From the NCBI RefSeq assembly GCF_009914755.1, contig NC_060939.1: a stretch of 64,000 nt of DNA. One strand, given 5' to 3'. Below the pieces are notes generated by a model. It was given only the letters and a program-made list of their open reading frames with translations. It did not search any database and was not told the DNA's origin. The DNA is from the human T2T-CHM13v2.0 reference genome, Homo sapiens. The position numbers and the translations under genes are program-made. Every line of letters starts with the position of its first letter. Position 1 is the stretch's first letter. Below are positions 46,483 to 64,000 of the stretch, one piece after another.

Positions 46483-49344
46483 ACGTACATGTGTTCCCTC
46501 TCTCTACACAAATGGTAACATACTAAAGATACTCTTCTGTACCTTCATGGTACAAGTACCCTCAACTCCACCTAGGATTTGACCAAGGCCACAGCCAAGT
46601 ATGGGTGGGGTGGGCACTTGGCCTCCGAGCTCTGTGTCCAGTGCTCGCTCCCCACAGCGCCCCGCAACTCACCCACAGCAGCTGACTCAGCCCCAACCTG
46701 CCTCTAACAACCACGCACAAAAGCAGCAAGAAATGGCCCATGCTGTCTTCTGGGCAGGACACTGCATTCTGCAGAAGGGACCTTTAGGCTCATTCCTCCA
46801 TCTGCGAAGCTGGGCTCCCAGGGGACCCGGTAAGTGGTTGGACTCACCCTGTCCGCCCTCTTGTGCTCTGCGGACATAGCAGAGAGAGCCCGCTGTAACT
46901 CTCCTGCAAAGTGCCAGGAATGATGCAGGCAGCCTGCCAGATCCTTGGAATCTTCTGGAATGAGAGAGGTTGAGCTGCAGCCCAAAGGCCTGTGAAAGTG
47001 CCAGGTTGAAGGGTGACGGGGTGCCCAGATTCCCACCTTCAAATTTCCTGGCAGCATCCTGGCTGTCATGGAGCGCTGTCTCCAGTTCAGTTTTCTGACA
47101 CATAAGGATTCGTATGGTATGATCCTGGGCCTTTGGGAGACAAGAAAAGCAAGTGCTGAAAGAGAAGCAAAGAAACCTTCTCCAGAGGACAGGAGGGAAC
47201 TTCACACCCTCCACTCACCTCTAGCTGCCTCCTTAGGGCTTGCTGATGTTGGTGGCTTGCCTTCTTTTCCTATAGAAAAGAAGAGGAAGACAGAGCTCTT
47301 ACTAGAGGGAGGCAGAGATGGCACAGCAAGAGACATGCCCCCAGCATGGCACCACTGTCCCAGGACAGGCCCACCCATGGGACCAGGTTATCAGGGACCC
47401 TGTGGGGATGGGGTGGAAGCTGGGAGGTGAGCCTTCCTCCCCAGGCTGGGAGTAGGCGAGACGAGACTGGGGCCTCTACATCTGAGTGCCCCCCAAACCC
47501 AGCGGTCATGTCGTGAGCAAAGAAAGAAACCATGTTACCTCTTTCAGCTGAGCTCGGTTCTGTTGTTTCTGTGGGGAGAGTCAAAGGAAGGTGACTGAGG
47601 GTGGCCCCTCGACTCTATTCCCCAGGCCAGGAAGCGGTAGGCAGGGGTCAGGAATGGATTTTAAGGGCAAAGTTCTCAGACCCAATGGGAACACAAACTG
47701 GTCAACTTGCCTTAACGCCCAAAGAAAAAGGATTTGGGTCTTTGTTGGTTTTTGCCCACAGCCACAGAACTGAAAGTCTGAAACTAGATTCTCTGGAAAA
47801 GACAGTAACATAAACCTTCCGACATAAGAGTGTGAGAAAAGCCCACCCTTCTGCCAGCTTGTGATGGAGAAAGATGCGTTCATTCAACAAGCATTGAGCA
47901 AGCACATAGGGGCCGGGGACGGTTCTTCACAGCTGGGATATAGGACGGAAAAGGCAGACAGGAGCCCTTGGCCCCAAGGTTTCCATTCTAGTGAATCTTT
48001 AAATCTCAGACTCTCAGAGCAAACAGAACCTCTGATACTCTAACTCTACCTCCTCAGGAAACGGAAGCCCAAAGAGGAGGGGAGCTTACAGCAGGCCCTG
48101 GACTAGGGATTAACACAAAAACAACAGCAACAAATCTGATTTAAGCTTCACACATGTAAGTAAAACATTACCATCCCCATTTTACAGATGTGAAAAGAGA
48201 GGCCCAAAGAACTCGAGCAATTTTCCCTAAACCGTGTCCCTCGCAGATGGAGAGAGAAGTAGGACTCAAACCCAGAATTCTTAGCCAGTACCCGGCAGTT
48301 CTTCCTTCCACAATCTTAACAGTTACCCTCGACCTCCCCCTTGTGCCCCTTGTCCTCAGGAGACCGGCCAGCCAAGACTCACATCCTCAGGCGAGTGGCA
48401 GCCCCCCGAAGTGGTTGTCTCAGGGTTAGTGCCATGATTTATTTTCTTCTTTTTGGTGTCGGTTGCTCCGGTACCAACACCAGCACTGTTCCACTGATGA
48501 TAGTCTGTGAACTGTGGAAAAGAGGAGCAGTGATACTCATGAGAACTACAAGCTCCTACAGTCACTTTACAGTTTATACAAAATACTCTCATAGACGATC
48601 TGATTTAATGCCACCAACGACTGTACGAGGTGTTGTCGCAATCACTTAGTGACTGAGAGGGATTGATACCATGGCTAAAAGAAAGGCAATAATGGAACTG
48701 AAACTCAGTCTTCTGACTCTGAGCTCTGGGGTGTTGCCACAAATCAGCAGCTGCCAGAGACCAAAACCAGAGGCAGAGGTAGAAAAGTAAAAAGTAGGCA
48801 GGAAGGTGTACACTGTGTGGTTTACAGTCATACATCCTCTTAGAGTCATGTATCCTCAGGGCAGAAGGCAGCCTTTCTGTTAAATGTGGGAATTAAACAG
48901 AAAGAGGACAACCCAAGCTGCATTTCAGAGAGAAGTCTTGTATACTCTTTGAAATCTATGTGACTATCATCCCTAAGAACATTAATGTTTTGTGTCTCCC
49001 ACGAGAATCAAGGAAAACTGATGCTTCAGAAAGATGCCCCATATGTATCCTGTGGCACTCAAAGTACCCCAGGTTGAGATGAGATGAGGAAGATTCAAGT
49101 TGTCAAGTCCAGTTTCCCAAGATCTCTTGCACAGAAGATGAGCAAATCTCACTTCAAAGATCACTGACTGATGGGCACTCTGGTCCCAGAACCATGGAGA
49201 ATTCAAATATGAGGTGGATAACTTAGAAAAAACTGTTAAAGTCTCTCTGGAGAGTAGAAGCCTGGGAGAAAACCAAACCAAACCCATTCTCCCATCAGTG
49301 CTGCGCCCAAGTTGCCTCTTTGAGATTGGCGTGGGGTCACAGGG

Positions 49345-49640
49345 TTGGGACCCAGGTACTTGGAGACGTGAGCCCAAAGAGCCCAGGGAAGTCAGGCTTG
49401 GGGCAGCGGTAGGTGAGGGCTGAGTATGGAGTGGGGAGCCCCAGGAGTCACCTGCCCAAAGTCACCCTGGGGTGACTGGTGAGGGCAGGTGCTGGGGCAT
49501 CCAGTTCCTTGGAAACGTGAGCCCGAAGGGCCCAGGGAGATCCGTTTTTGGACAATAGGAGGTGAGGGCAGAGTACCAAGCAGGGAGCCCCACGAGTCAC
49601 CGGCTGAAAGTCACCCTGGGGTGACCGGTGAGGGCAGCGG
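49345..49640. repeat. Diverged ~149-bp tandem duplication in golgin intron 1
   Basis: TTGGA(G/A)ACGTGAGCCC at 49360 and 49509; GTCACCCTGGGGTGAC at 49461 and 49610. Confidence 0.85.
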
Positions 49641-49949
49641 CCGGACTGCTGAGGGGTTGGGGCTGACACAAGATTTTGGTTGGGGGAGCCCAGAGGCACT
49701 GGGGGGGCCCAGCCCTGTGTGCCTCTGGAGTGACACGGATTCTGGCAGCTGTTCTGCCATCAGAGGGGACCTGGGGCTGGGTTGGGGTTGGGGTGCTGCA
49801 ATCCGAAGCATTTTACCTTTCTCTTGGCCCCAGCCAATTTTCTGTGTCAGGTTTTTTCTGACATCATGGGGTGGGGAGGGAGGTGGGGTTGGGGCCACAT
49901 TGGCGTGATCCAGGCGAGGACAGTGATATGCCTCCAGTCACGTACCACG

Positions 49950-50175
49950 CAGCTATGTGACTGAGCCACAGGAGGTGTCACCAGGGTCGCACTAGAATGC
50001 AGAAAAGGGGCGTGGCCTTAATGATCCAAGCCCATTGGTCAATGAGAAAGATGAAAGGGAAAGGAGGCGGGGCCAGGCAGCTGCGTGTCATGAAGGTCCT
50101 GTGATGTCACAAGGAAAGCCGCCCATGCAACTGCTGTCCCCGCCCACTCTGGGAGAGAGGCGGGGCTGGCTTTCA
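49950..50175 (-). promoter_or_regulatory. Golgin proximal promoter
   Basis: CCAAT (CCATTGG near 50032), several GC boxes (GGGGCGTGG, GGCGGGG, CCCGCCC) and CRE-like TGATGTCA just upstream of the exon 1 ATG. Confidence 0.6.
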
Positions 50176-50805
50176 CTTTCTAAACTTTAAAACTTTATCA
50201 CCTTAATTGAGGTACAAATCCTGTTGTAATGGAAAATTTACAGCGTGTTTAATGATTAGTAAAGTAGATTATATTATCCAACATTCCAATAAGATAAAAT
50301 AATCACAGTGATTTCTCTTTTTTGGAAAAAGTTTCTCTTATTCTCCTACATTATTGTTAAGTTTTTTTTTTTTAAACTAGAGACATGTCTAATATATTTA
50401 AAAACACAAAGCTTTTGAGGTGGGCGTGGTGGCTCATGCCTGTAATCCCAGCACGTTGGTAGGCTGAGATGGGCATATCACCTGAGATCAGGAGTCAAGA
50501 CCAAAATTTTAGTATTTTAGTGTGTATTTTAGTATTTATTTTAGTATTTAATACATCATTTAGGGCTACATGTAGCCACAGAAAGAATAAATCTGATTCA
50601 GTGACTTAAAGAAATATAGATTTCATTTTTGTCACTTAAAATGTGCAGAGGAAGGCAGTCCAGGGTTCTTTTCAGTTTCCTGATACTTTCTTAGCCAGGT
50701 TTTTATTCTTGTGGTTAAAATATGGCTGCTGTTTTTCCAGGCCTTGGATTGCCTTCCAAGGAGGGAAAGAAGAAAGGTCAGAAGGCTGAGTTTCTCTCTT
50801 TTTAG

Positions 50806-51168
<363 letters not shown>

Positions 51169-51544
51169 CTGCAATTTTCATCTTTTGGCTGCAAATAAGT
51201 TATGTCACTATTCTCAGCTGGGGGAGTGTTTAACTCACATGTTGCTTCCTCTCTGTTAGACAGGTTTTAAGATTTATGAATAGGTACTGAATTGTATCAA
51301 TTGCTTTTTTCTTTCTTGATTGAGCAATGTTTTTTCTTATCTTTTTATGTTGATAAGGTAACTTAACAGTGATTGGCTTTTGAATGTTGAACATTGCATT
51401 TCTGGAATTAAATCAACTTTGTTGTGATAAATGATTAATACCATATTATGTATGGTTGAGATGGGCTTGCTCCTAGTTCATTTGGTAGTTTTGTACTTAT
51501 GTTCACAAGAGAAAGTGGAGTCTAATTTTTTTTTTTCTGGTGAT

Positions 51545-51860
51545 TTTTGTTCGTTTGTTTGTTTGTTTGTTTGTTTTTGCCATGGAGTCTGGCTCTGTTA
51601 TCCAGGCTGGAATGCAGTGGCGTGATCTCAACTCATTGCAAGCTCCACCTTCTGGGTTCATGCCATTCTCCTGCTTCAGCCTCCTGAGTAGCTGGGACTA
51701 CAGGCGCCCAACACCACACCTGGCTAATTTATTGTATTTTTTAGTAGAGACGGGGTTTCACCTTGTTAGCCAGGATGGTCTTGATCTCCTGACCTCGTGA
51801 TCCACCCGCCTCGGCCTCCCAAAGTGCTGGGATTACAGGCTTGAGCCACCACGCCCAGAC
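51545..51860 (-). mobile_element. AluY
   Basis: Antisense Alu with (TTTG)n tail, inside an old L1. Confidence 0.92.
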
Positions 51861-52752
51861 TTGTGAGGTTTTAATATGAAGTATTAAAGCTATGCTGGTT
51901 AGACAATTTGGAAAATGTTTCTTCTCCTATTTCTGACAGAGTTTATGTAAGATGTGTGCTATTTCTTCCTTAAGCATTTGGAAAGAATTCACTTATTAAG
52001 CCATGTGAGACTGTAGTTTTCTTTATAAGGTGTTTAACTACAGGTTCAATTACATATATATAAATATTCATTTTGGTAACCTGTGTTTGCTGAATCAATT
52101 TGTTCATTTTATCGAAAATTTCAAAGTTATTCTATTATTCATTTATCTTTTTAATACTTATAAAGTCTCCGGTTAGAGTTTGTGCCTTTTGTCTGTTTTG
52201 TTAATCAATCTTGCTGGAGGCCATCAATTTTATTAGTGTTTCAAAAAAGCAAACTTTGATTTTATTCATCCCTTTACCATACTGAAAATGTTTTGCTTAA
52301 TTTCCAAACTTATAGTTCCACTGTGATTAAATATTTGTATAACTAAAACTCTGTGGAATTTGTGTCTTCTCAATGATTGAAAATATGATTAATTTTTATA
52401 AATATTGCTTCTGCACTTGAAAAGGATATGTATTCTGCATGTTGAGCGTAGTGTACCACGTATCTCAGTTAGGTCCAGTGTGTTAAATGCATCCTTTAAA
52501 GATTCTATGTGCTTACTGATGTTTGTTTATTTTTCAGTGGCTGAGACACAGATATTAAAGTTTCCCACAATGATCATCAACTTATTTCTTTTTTTTCATT
52601 TGTTAAGCTTGTTCTGTGTGTTTTAAGGTTAAGTTACCAGGCATAAACACATTTAGAATTCCTTTTTCTCCCTTCTGGTTGCACCCTTTTATCATGAGGA
52701 AATACCCACTTTATCTCTCACATAGCTCTTTCGTTAAGAGTTTTTTTTAATA

Positions 52753-53494
52753 TGTAAGAGAAAATAAAGTCTTGGAACCACCAAACCTGTTATGCTAAGG
52801 GAGACGTTAAGTTTGGGAGCTGAGTCATGCAACACTACCATTCTTTCTCCCCAAAGAGATAGCTGCCATTTCACAACCCTGTGTGATGGCATTAGACATA
52901 AGCCAGGTCCCCACTACCACAAAAGGCCACGTACCTCTCCATATGGCCCCCCTCACAAATCGCTCACAGGGATGTTCTTTACTGGCCCCTGAATCTTTCA
53001 GGATCCATGTCCCCCTATAAAATAAGCATATGCCCATTGTAACCGTGGCTCTGCAACCTCAGTTCAAGATGTAAAACTGAGTTCTATTCAATCTGACACT
53101 GACAATGTTGATTACAGGCCTATCTTCCCAGGTACAGAACAAGAACATGAGATCAATCACTCTTCCACCTACCCTGAGATGGCTGCATAATTGACTCTTT
53201 CCTTCCTCTTTTCAGATGTTTACCTATCTTATGTAAAATGAAGATTTACTGAGCACTAATTAGAGCTTCCTAAGAATGTAACCACCGCTTCACTGCCTGC
53301 TCCCCCTCCCTTTCTTCTCTCCTGCACGCCTTCTCCCCTTATGTACTGAGTTCCCAAAACCCTCTTTGGAAAGCACAGGTCACAGGCGTTTCTCTGGCTT
53401 GTGTTTTTTCTGGGGGTATCATCAAATTTTGGCTGAACAAAGCTCTGTTGATGGAGGCACTTGCCTCAGTCAGTCACTCATTTTTTGATTAACA
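52753..53494 (+). mobile_element. Solo ERV1 LTR (MER4 group, MER39-like)
   Basis: TGT...ACA termini, ~740 bp, 4-bp TSD-like AATA/GATA, CTATAAAA TATA-like motif, MER4-group 5' motif. Confidence 0.75.
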
Positions 53495-53569
53495 GATATA
53501 AATATAGTTACCCCTGTTTTTATTTACTTAGTCTTTGCTTTGTCAGTTCTTTGACTCTCAATTTTTCTT

Positions 53570-54600
53570 TTTTAAAAATAAATCTTATTGTGTATATTTA
53601 AGGCTTACAACATGATGCTAAGAGTTATATATAGATTGTAAAAAGATTCCTATACTGAAAGAAATTAACACACCAATCATTTCACATAGTTCCCCATTTC
53701 CTTGTTGCTTTTGTGGCAAGAGCAGTTGAAATCTACTCATTTAGCATGAATTTCACATGCATAACAATTTTGTTCCCTGCAGTCCTCATGTCATACATTA
53801 CATCTCTAGACTTGTTCATCCTTCATACCTGCTACTTTGTGTCCTTTGGCCTCCATGTCCCCAATTCCTCCCCTCTCCCACCTCCCCTGGTAAACAATGT
53901 TTTGCTCTCTATCTCTGTAGATTTATTTATTTACATTTTTACATCCCACATATAAATGGGTTTATGCAATATTTGTTTTTCTGTGTATGCTTTATTTCAC
54001 TTAGCATGACGTCCTCCAGCCTCATCCATCTTGCAGCAAATGGCAAGACCTTGTTTGTTTTAGGGCTGAATAATATTCCATTGTGAGTGTGTGCCACAGT
54101 CTCTTTATCCATTTATCCATTGATGGACACTTAGATTGTTTCCATATCTTGGCTATTATGGTTAGGACTGCAATGAACATGAGAATACAGGTAACTTTAC
54201 ATAGTAATGATTTCATTTCCTTTGGGTGTATGCTCAGAAGAGGGATTGCTGAGTCATATGGTAGTTCTATTTTTAATTTCTCTAGAAATCTTCATACTCT
54301 TTTCCAGAATGACTGTATCAATGTACATTCTCATCAACAGTATGCAAAAGTTCCTATTTCGCCACACCCTTGCCAACATTTATCTTTTGACTTTTTGATA
54401 ATAGTCATAAGGGGTGTGAGGTGGCATCTCAATGGGTTTGATTTGCATTTCCCTAATGATTTACAATGCAAAACGCCTTTCAGATACCCACTTGCTATTT
54501 TCATGTTTTGTTTAAAGAAATGTCTATTCAAGTTTTTTAAAAACATTTTAAAAATTAGGTTATTTGTTTTGAGTTGTATTAATTCTTTATACATTTTGGA
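53570..54600 (-). mobile_element. L1MA-type 3' fragment
   Basis: MFIAVLTIIAKIWKQSKCPSMDKWIK and CWQGCGEIGT ORF2 remnants. Confidence 0.85.
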
Positions 54601-54894
54601 TTTTTTTTTTTTTTTTTTTTGGAGACAGGGTCTTGCTCTGTTACACAGACTGGAGTACAGTGGCACAATCACAGCTTACTTGACCTTCTGGGTTCAAACA
54701 CTCCTCCATCTCAGCCTCCCAGGTAGTTGTGACTACAGGCGCACACCACCATGCCTGGCTAAGTTCTAAATTTTTTGTTAAGACAAGGTCTCACTATGTT
54801 GCCAGACCTGGACTCAAACTCCTGGGCTCAAGTGATCCTCCTACCTCAGCTTCTGAAAGTGCTGGGATTAAGGAGTGAGCCACTGCACCGGGCT
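54601..54894 (-). mobile_element. AluJ
   Basis: Antisense Alu. Confidence 0.9.
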
Positions 54895-54919
54895 AAATGT
54901 TGGATATTTACCCCTAATT

Positions 54920-55497
<578 letters not shown>

Positions 55498-55603
55498 GTT
55501 GCCATTTCCAGTCCTCGGGGGTCACCTCTTTCCACTCCACGCTTAGTTATCAATTTGTTACTCTGCTTTAAAATGTACCTTTTTTTTTTTGTAATCTCAG
55601 CTA

Positions 55604-55801
<198 letters not shown>

Positions 55802-56690
55802 CTACTGCCATAGCGCCTGAGCCCCAGACCCCAAACTCACTGTCCTGCTCGGGGACCCCCAGACCACAGTGAACATTACGGGTACCCCAAGTACTCTCCT
55901 ATCCTCACCTCGCTCCTGCAGTAAATGGCTAAATGAATAACTCAGAAGTGAAGCCAAAAAGAAAAAGAAAATGCACATGGGGAACAGGAGAGGAGAGCAG
56001 AGGCCACAGTGTGGAGGCCTGGGCTGATACACTGCAAAGAGATCTTTGGGGCTCCGAAGAGATCTTTGAGGCTCCAGGTCTCATGAGTGGGGGCCAGGCT
56101 CCCTAGAGAAACCCTTCTTGTCTAGGGCTGGGGAGCCCACCAGAGTGACCCAATCAGTTCTCAGGGCCTGTGATGGGGCCACATGGTTTTGAGAAGCCGG
56201 TGTTCAGCTCCATCCTAAAGAGCACTCATGCACGTTGGGGAGGAGGGCCGGGGTGCACAGCTCTGACCTGAGTCAGACCCACCTCAGGACTGAGCCCAGC
56301 AGAAGGAGGCCCAGAGTCACTGACCATAAAAGGAGCAGATGCCCTCCCCCGTGTTGGTTGAGATGAGTCTTGGGCATTAACTCTAATAATTTCTAACTGC
56401 ACCCAGAAATACTGATTCACACAGCAACTAGTAAATAATAACCTTTTAGAGCTAAAAAAAAAAAAGCCTTGTATGATTTATTATGAATTAACATATGCAT
56501 TTTACACAAACTAGAGGCACCGTGGTGGGCCAGCAGCAGCCTGTTAGGGGCCACAGCAAGGAGACTGGATTTCCTCAAGTGCAATGGGAGTTACTGGCTA
56601 GGCTTTAAGGTTTTAGCCACAGGAAAGATGAATGTATTTCAGAGCAACGTGGGTGGATTCAAAATGAGGTTTAGAACTAGATCCATTAAA

Positions 56691-56954
<264 letters not shown>

Positions 56955-56978
56955 AATTTTTTATCTGAAAAATCTCCC

Positions 56979-57348
<370 letters not shown>

Positions 57349-57374
57349 CTAGGTAAGGAGAAGAAACAATTCTT

Positions 57375-57677
57375 GGCCGGGTACAGTGGCTCACGCCTGT
57401 AATCCCAGCACTTTGGGAGGCCGAAGCTGGTGGATCACGAAGTCAGTAGTTCAAGACCAGCCTGGCCGAGATGGTGAAACCCTGTCTCTACTGAAAATAC
57501 AAAAAAATTCGCCAGGCGTGGTGGCAGGCGTCTGTAATCCCAGCTACTTGGGAGGCTGAAGCAGAGAATTGGTTGAACCCATGAAGCGTAGGTTGCAGTG
57601 AGCCAAGATCACGCCACTGCACTCCAGCCTGGGTGACAGAGCAAGACTCCATCTCAAAACATAAGACGAAAAAAAAA
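57375..57677 (+). mobile_element. Alu (S-type)
   Basis: Sense Alu. Confidence 0.92.
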
Positions 57678-57801
57678 TTTTTTAGGGAGCTGAAAAGTGA
57701 ACTGATTTCCTCATTTCTCCTTGCAAGGAATCAATTGATAGCCCAAAATTGAAACCCAGAGTTAAAATAAACGTAACTCCCACCCTCTTAGTGTTTCTCA
57801 C

Positions 57802-58099
57802 TTTTTTTTTTTTTTTTTTGAGACAGGGTCTCACTTCTGTTGCCCAGGCTGGAGTGCAGTGGCGTGATCATGGCTCACTGTAGCCTCAACTTCTGGGGTC
57901 AAGTGATCCTCCCATAGCCTCCTGAGTAGCTGGGACTACAAGCACATGTCACCATGCCTGGCTAATTTTTGTATTTTTTTGCAGAGATGGGGTTTCATCA
58001 TGTTGCCCAGGCTGATCTCAAACTCCTGGGCTCAAGTGATCTGCTGGCCTTGGCCTCCCAAAGTACTGGGATTATAGGCATGAGCCACTGTACCTGGCC
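57802..58099 (-). mobile_element. AluJ
   Basis: Antisense Alu. Confidence 0.92.
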
Positions 58100-58207
58100 T
58101 ACTAACTTTAATTTTAGGTGTATCTTTTAGGAAGTAATATCTCATGGCAAAATAATGTTTGTCATTCAGTAGTTACTGTAGTTTCATTTCAGTTTTTCTT
58201 TTGTTAA

Positions 58208-58650
<443 letters not shown>

Positions 58651-58711
58651 TATTTTATATTTCTTCACAAAATAATAATGCTGTATGCAAAGCTGCCAAA
58701 AGGTTTATACT

Positions 58712-59001
58712 TTTCGTTTGTTTTTGAGACAATCTTGCTCTGTTGCCCAGGCTGGAGTGCAGTGGTGCAATAACAGCTCACTGCAACCTCCACCTCAAGC
58801 CATCCTCCCACCTCTGCCTCCAGAGTATCTGGGGTTGGAGGTAAAAGCCACCACGCCCCGCTAATTAATTTTTTTCTTTTTTTGGTAGAGACGGGTCTCG
58901 CTACGTTGCCCAGGCTGGTCTTGAACGTCTGAGCTCAAGCGAGCCTCCCACCTCGGTCCCCAAAGTGCTGGGATTATAGGTGTGAGCCACTGTGCCCAGC
59001 T
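58712..59001 (-). mobile_element. AluJ
   Basis: Antisense Alu. Confidence 0.9.
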
Positions 59002-59040
59002 TGTAGCATCGTTTATAGACAACAAAACCTGGCAGCAACC

Positions 59041-59332
59041 GGCCAGGCGCGGTGGTTCACGCCTGTAATCCCAGCACTTTGGGAGGTAGAGCGGACGGAT
59101 CACCTGAGGTCAGGAGTTCAAGACCAGCCTTGCCAAGATGGTGAAACCGCGTCTCTACTCAAAATACAAAAATTAACCCGGGCGTGGTGGCGGACGCCTG
59201 TAATTCTAGATACTCGGAGGCTGAGGCCGAGAATCGCTTGAATCCGGGAGGCGTAAGGTTGCAGTGAGCCGAGATCGCGCCATTGCACTCCAGCCTGGGC
59301 GACAGAGCGAGACTCTGTCTCAAAAAAACAAA
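59041..59332 (+). mobile_element. Alu (S-type)
   Basis: TSD AACCTGG(C/T)AGC(A/T)ACC. Confidence 0.93.
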
Positions 59333-59586
59333 CCAACCTGGTAGCTACCTAACACCCAACAATGGCTGAATGGTTAGACAAATTATTATACTGTCATTAG
59401 AATAATCATATTTATGTACCGATACAGAAACTGATATATATTAAATAAAAAGGAAATTTCGTATATTGTAATTGGAAACATGTAAAAGTATGTATACATT
59501 ATGGGAAAACACCTAAAATACTAATAATTAGGTGAGGGTTGTGGAATTGAGTCACTTTAAAAAATATTTTTTTCCAAAAAAAATAA

Positions 59587-59928
<342 letters not shown>

Positions 59929-59937
59929 TTGTTGTAG

Positions 59938-60891
<954 letters not shown>

Positions 60892-62053
60892 TGAGCGTCC
60901 GGCGCTTCGCCGACGCCACGGCTTTTCTCCGTTCTCAGCGGCTGGAGCGGCTTGCTTTGGTGTGCGGGCTTCCCCGGCTGACTTTTTCCCTCGGTCCAAG
61001 ACCTGCCCCGCGCCGCCCGGCAGCCCTCGCCGTGGCCCGCAACCCGCGGCCGGGAGCCTCCTGCGGACGCGGTGCTGGGGTGCTCGAGCCCAGCGCCCGC
61101 CTGGAAGCGCCGCTTCAGCCGATGCGCGGCCCGCTCCTAGGGTACGCTCGGTAGAGCAAGACCTGGGATTTCCAGTCCCCCGCAGGGGCCTCGCTGGTGC
61201 AAAAGGAAGACCCGGGCGGGCTCTCAGGGCTGTGCGTTCCTGGGGTGCTCTTACGGAGCCCGCTGCGCCTTAGACCTGCACCAAATGAATACAAGTGATC
61301 TTCAGTTTGGAGAACACGCGCGGCAGATCCAAAACCAAGCCCTGGACGGGCCAAGGCCACTTCCCAGGTGGATGTGCCGCAGCACCGCACTCCGTAGTGC
61401 TCTGCGGGGTAGAGCTCTCTGTCAGTGTCGTTTGTGCTGGGAGGCCCCGGACGGGACCGGTTTGCCAATGCAGGATATGGCAGGCTGTGAAACAGTCCGT
61501 TTCCATTGCTTCCAGAGGGACTGAGAAAGTCTTGTGGTTCTTGGCCATACTCTTAGAAGAAGAATATTAAGAGCTCTCAGGGAAGGATGTGGCCCCCGAC
61601 TCTTGGGTTGTGAGAGAAAGTGAACTCGTAATTTACATGGCGGAATGCAGGTGAAACTTTCTCTGAGTGAGCCAGGCGTTGGCTTCAGAGAAGAGATAAA
61701 GGGCCCGACAGTCTCGAATGAAAATATAAAATCATGGATAATTTAAGGAATTTAGCTTTAAAGTGAAAGCATAGTGGTCTCCCATACAATTTAAATAGAA
61801 TTAAATAAAACCAAGTATGATTTTCCAAGGATGCAGATGTGTCTGTCTCTAAGGCACACAGATACACACACACCGCAGCCACACTTCAGGGAGCATCTGT
61901 CCGTGTGACAGGCCCCAGGACTGGGTGAGATGGTCAACGCGCGTGACCTTATAAATAGGATGGCCTGAGAAAGCACCTCACCTCCCCAATCCACGGCCCT
62001 AGCGTAAGCATGAGGAAAACACCACACAAACCGGAGTAGAAGAACATCTTGCG

Positions 62054-62348
<295 letters not shown>

Positions 62349-62499
62349 TCTTGCAGTACACCTGACCAGTCCTCTGTGAAGGTCATGGAATCTGAAAGCA
62401 CGTCACAACCAGGAGGAGCCTAAGAACACGTGAACACCAGATGTAAGACATTAGGGAAAAACGAAGGAAAGCTGAATACCAGCTTTAGTTAGTTTTCTA

Positions 62500-62814
<315 letters not shown>

Positions 62815-62835
62815 TTATTTATTTTTTATTATGAT

Positions 62836-63122
62836 TTTTTTTTGAGACGGAGTTTCGCTCTTGTTGCCCAGGCTGGAGTGCAATGGCGCGATCTTGGCTC
62901 ACTGAACCTCTGCCTCCCGGGTTCAAGCGATTCGCCTGCCACAGCCTCCCGAGCTGGGATTACAGGCGCGTGCCACCATATCTGGCTAATTTTGTGCTTT
63001 TACTGGAGATGGGGTTTCATCATGTTGGCCAGGATGGTCCCGAACTCCAGACCTCAGGTGATCTGCCCACCTCAGTCTCCCAAAATGCTGGGATTACAGG
63101 CGTGAGCCACCAACACTCGGCC
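62836..63122 (-). mobile_element. Alu (S-type)
   Basis: Antisense Alu. Confidence 0.92.
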
Positions 63123-63199
63123 TATATTATGGTTTTAAATTGATCAAAGTGAACTTGTGATTTTCATTATTTATTTTAAGCCCCAGACATTGCATGGTG

Positions 63200-64000
<801 letters not shown>

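Overview
Human (or great-ape) genomic DNA; the gene content places it at 15q11.2, where a segmental-duplication mosaic abuts the unique BP1-BP2 gene NIPA1. In order: (1) an unprocessed, partial PDCD6IP/ALIX pseudogene (+; 7 exons, 1081-18666, V-domain region; one frameshift and two nonsense codons, all in the first three exons); (2) a 5' fragment of a HERC2 duplicate (+; CpG-island promoter, exons 1, 2 and 4, exon 3 not found); (3) a complete 9-exon GOLGA6L-family golgin gene (-; 49900-41761) with three in-frame stops but no frameshift, and a ~2.6-kb 21-bp coding VNTR in its last exon; (4) the NIPA1 CpG island and first coding exon (+; ATG 60490, 13-Ala tract with (GCG)8). About 45 Alus, L1 fragments, DNA transposons (Tigger2a, MER1B, MER58) and ERV1 LTRs fill the rest. 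I found no wholly new class of system. The best unexplained signal is that the last four ALIX-derived exons are stop-free and would splice in frame through the HERC2 exon-2 5'UTR into the HERC2 ATG, giving a hypothetical 212-aa ALIX-V-domain::HERC2 chimeric ORF. Gene identities rest on recalled protein and repeat sequences, not on database searches. Repeat boundaries are approximate.
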